A stretch of 41,684 nucleotides of DNA from positions 1-41,684 of the IMG/VR virus record IMGVR_UViG_3300014135_000001; one strand, written 5' to 3'. The notes beneath the pieces are model-generated. The model was not told the DNA's origin and did no database searches. It saw only the letters and a program-made list of their open reading frames with translations. Positions 41,624 through 41,684 of this stretch are shown in pieces. Made by a program: the position numbers and the translations under genes. Source of the DNA: a virus. The first letter of the stretch is position 1. The number at the start of each line of letters is the position of its first letter.

Positions 41624-41652
41624 ATTATACCCTATATAGGGTATAAAGTCAA
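41624..41652 (-). promoter_or_regulatory. Consensus sigma-70-type promoter, TTGACT-17-TATAAT (second copy at 18..46)
   Basis: The minus strand reads gcgcTTGACTttataccctatatagggTATAATaaagg. -35 at 41652..41647, -10 at 41629..41624, exactly 17-nt spacer. Confidence 0.75.
41625..41646. promoter_or_regulatory. 22-bp perfect palindrome TTATACCCTATATAGGGTATAA, candidate operator (second copy at 19..40)
   Basis: It equals its own reverse complement. It fills the promoter spacer and most of the -10 element. Confidence 0.7.
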
Positions 41653-41684
41653 GCGCTTATTTATACTTTTACAAACAAAAAAAA

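Larger units (their letters stand above)
1..41684. mobile_element. Complete temperate tailed-phage genome (long non-contractile-tail type, lambda-like structural synteny), circularly permuted in this window
   Basis: Full set of integrase, CI/Cro switch, replication, terminase, portal, capsid, tail and lysis genes. The two ends of the window are identical over 78 nt. Confidence 0.9.
41607..41684. repeat. Terminal overlap copy 2, identical to 1..78
   Basis: Exact 78-nt identity with the window start. Confidence 0.95.

Overview
The window is one complete temperate tailed-phage genome, assembled as a closed circle. Nt 1..78 are repeated exactly at 41607..41684, so about 41.6 kb is unique. No rRNA, tRNA, CRISPR array or transposase was seen.

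Layout. Almost all genes lie on the minus strand in one tightly packed, translationally coupled series. Most have AGGAGG-type Shine-Dalgarno (SD) sites, and many junctions are ATGA or TAATG overlaps. Reading the minus strand from high to low coordinates:
- Cro-like gene and small early genes, 38011 down to 35648.
- DNA-modification and replication block: SNF2-like helicase, DUF4406-like protein, beta-class DNA methyltransferase, DUF2800 nuclease, DUF2815 SSB, family A DNA polymerase, primase-polymerase/VirE helicase, an iteron cluster, VRR-NUC and a second SNF2 helicase.
- Late-regulator region with a sigma-70 region-4-like activator, a strong terminator and a GC-rich cos-like site.
- A morphogenesis block with lambda-like gene order: Nu1-like TerS, GpA-like TerL, gpW, lambda-family portal, fused protease-scaffold-capsid, connector genes, major tail, G/GT chaperones with an A-AAA-AAC slippery site, tape measure, M-, L- and K-like proteins, an I-J fusion, then fibre genes.
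- Lysis cassette: membrane coiled-coil protein, holin, domain-less Amidase_3 endolysin and a spanin-like locus.
- Plus strand, 38155..40891: a CI-like repressor with two HTH domains plus an S24 domain, a secreted moron and a tyrosine integrase, followed by an attP-like region.

Most unusual features:
1. Two co-extensive ORFs (161 and 157 aa) in different frames at the spanin position.
2. A terminator-insulated moron with a perfect consensus promoter embedded in a 22-bp palindrome, driving two tiny hydrophobic peptides and an HTH protein.
3. Nine GTTAAC-core iterons after the primase gene.
4. A 45-bp direct repeat read in two frames inside the tail-fibre gene.
5. A helicase-DUF4406-methyltransferase cluster.

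Functional calls come from motifs recognised by eye in the translations. No database search was run.
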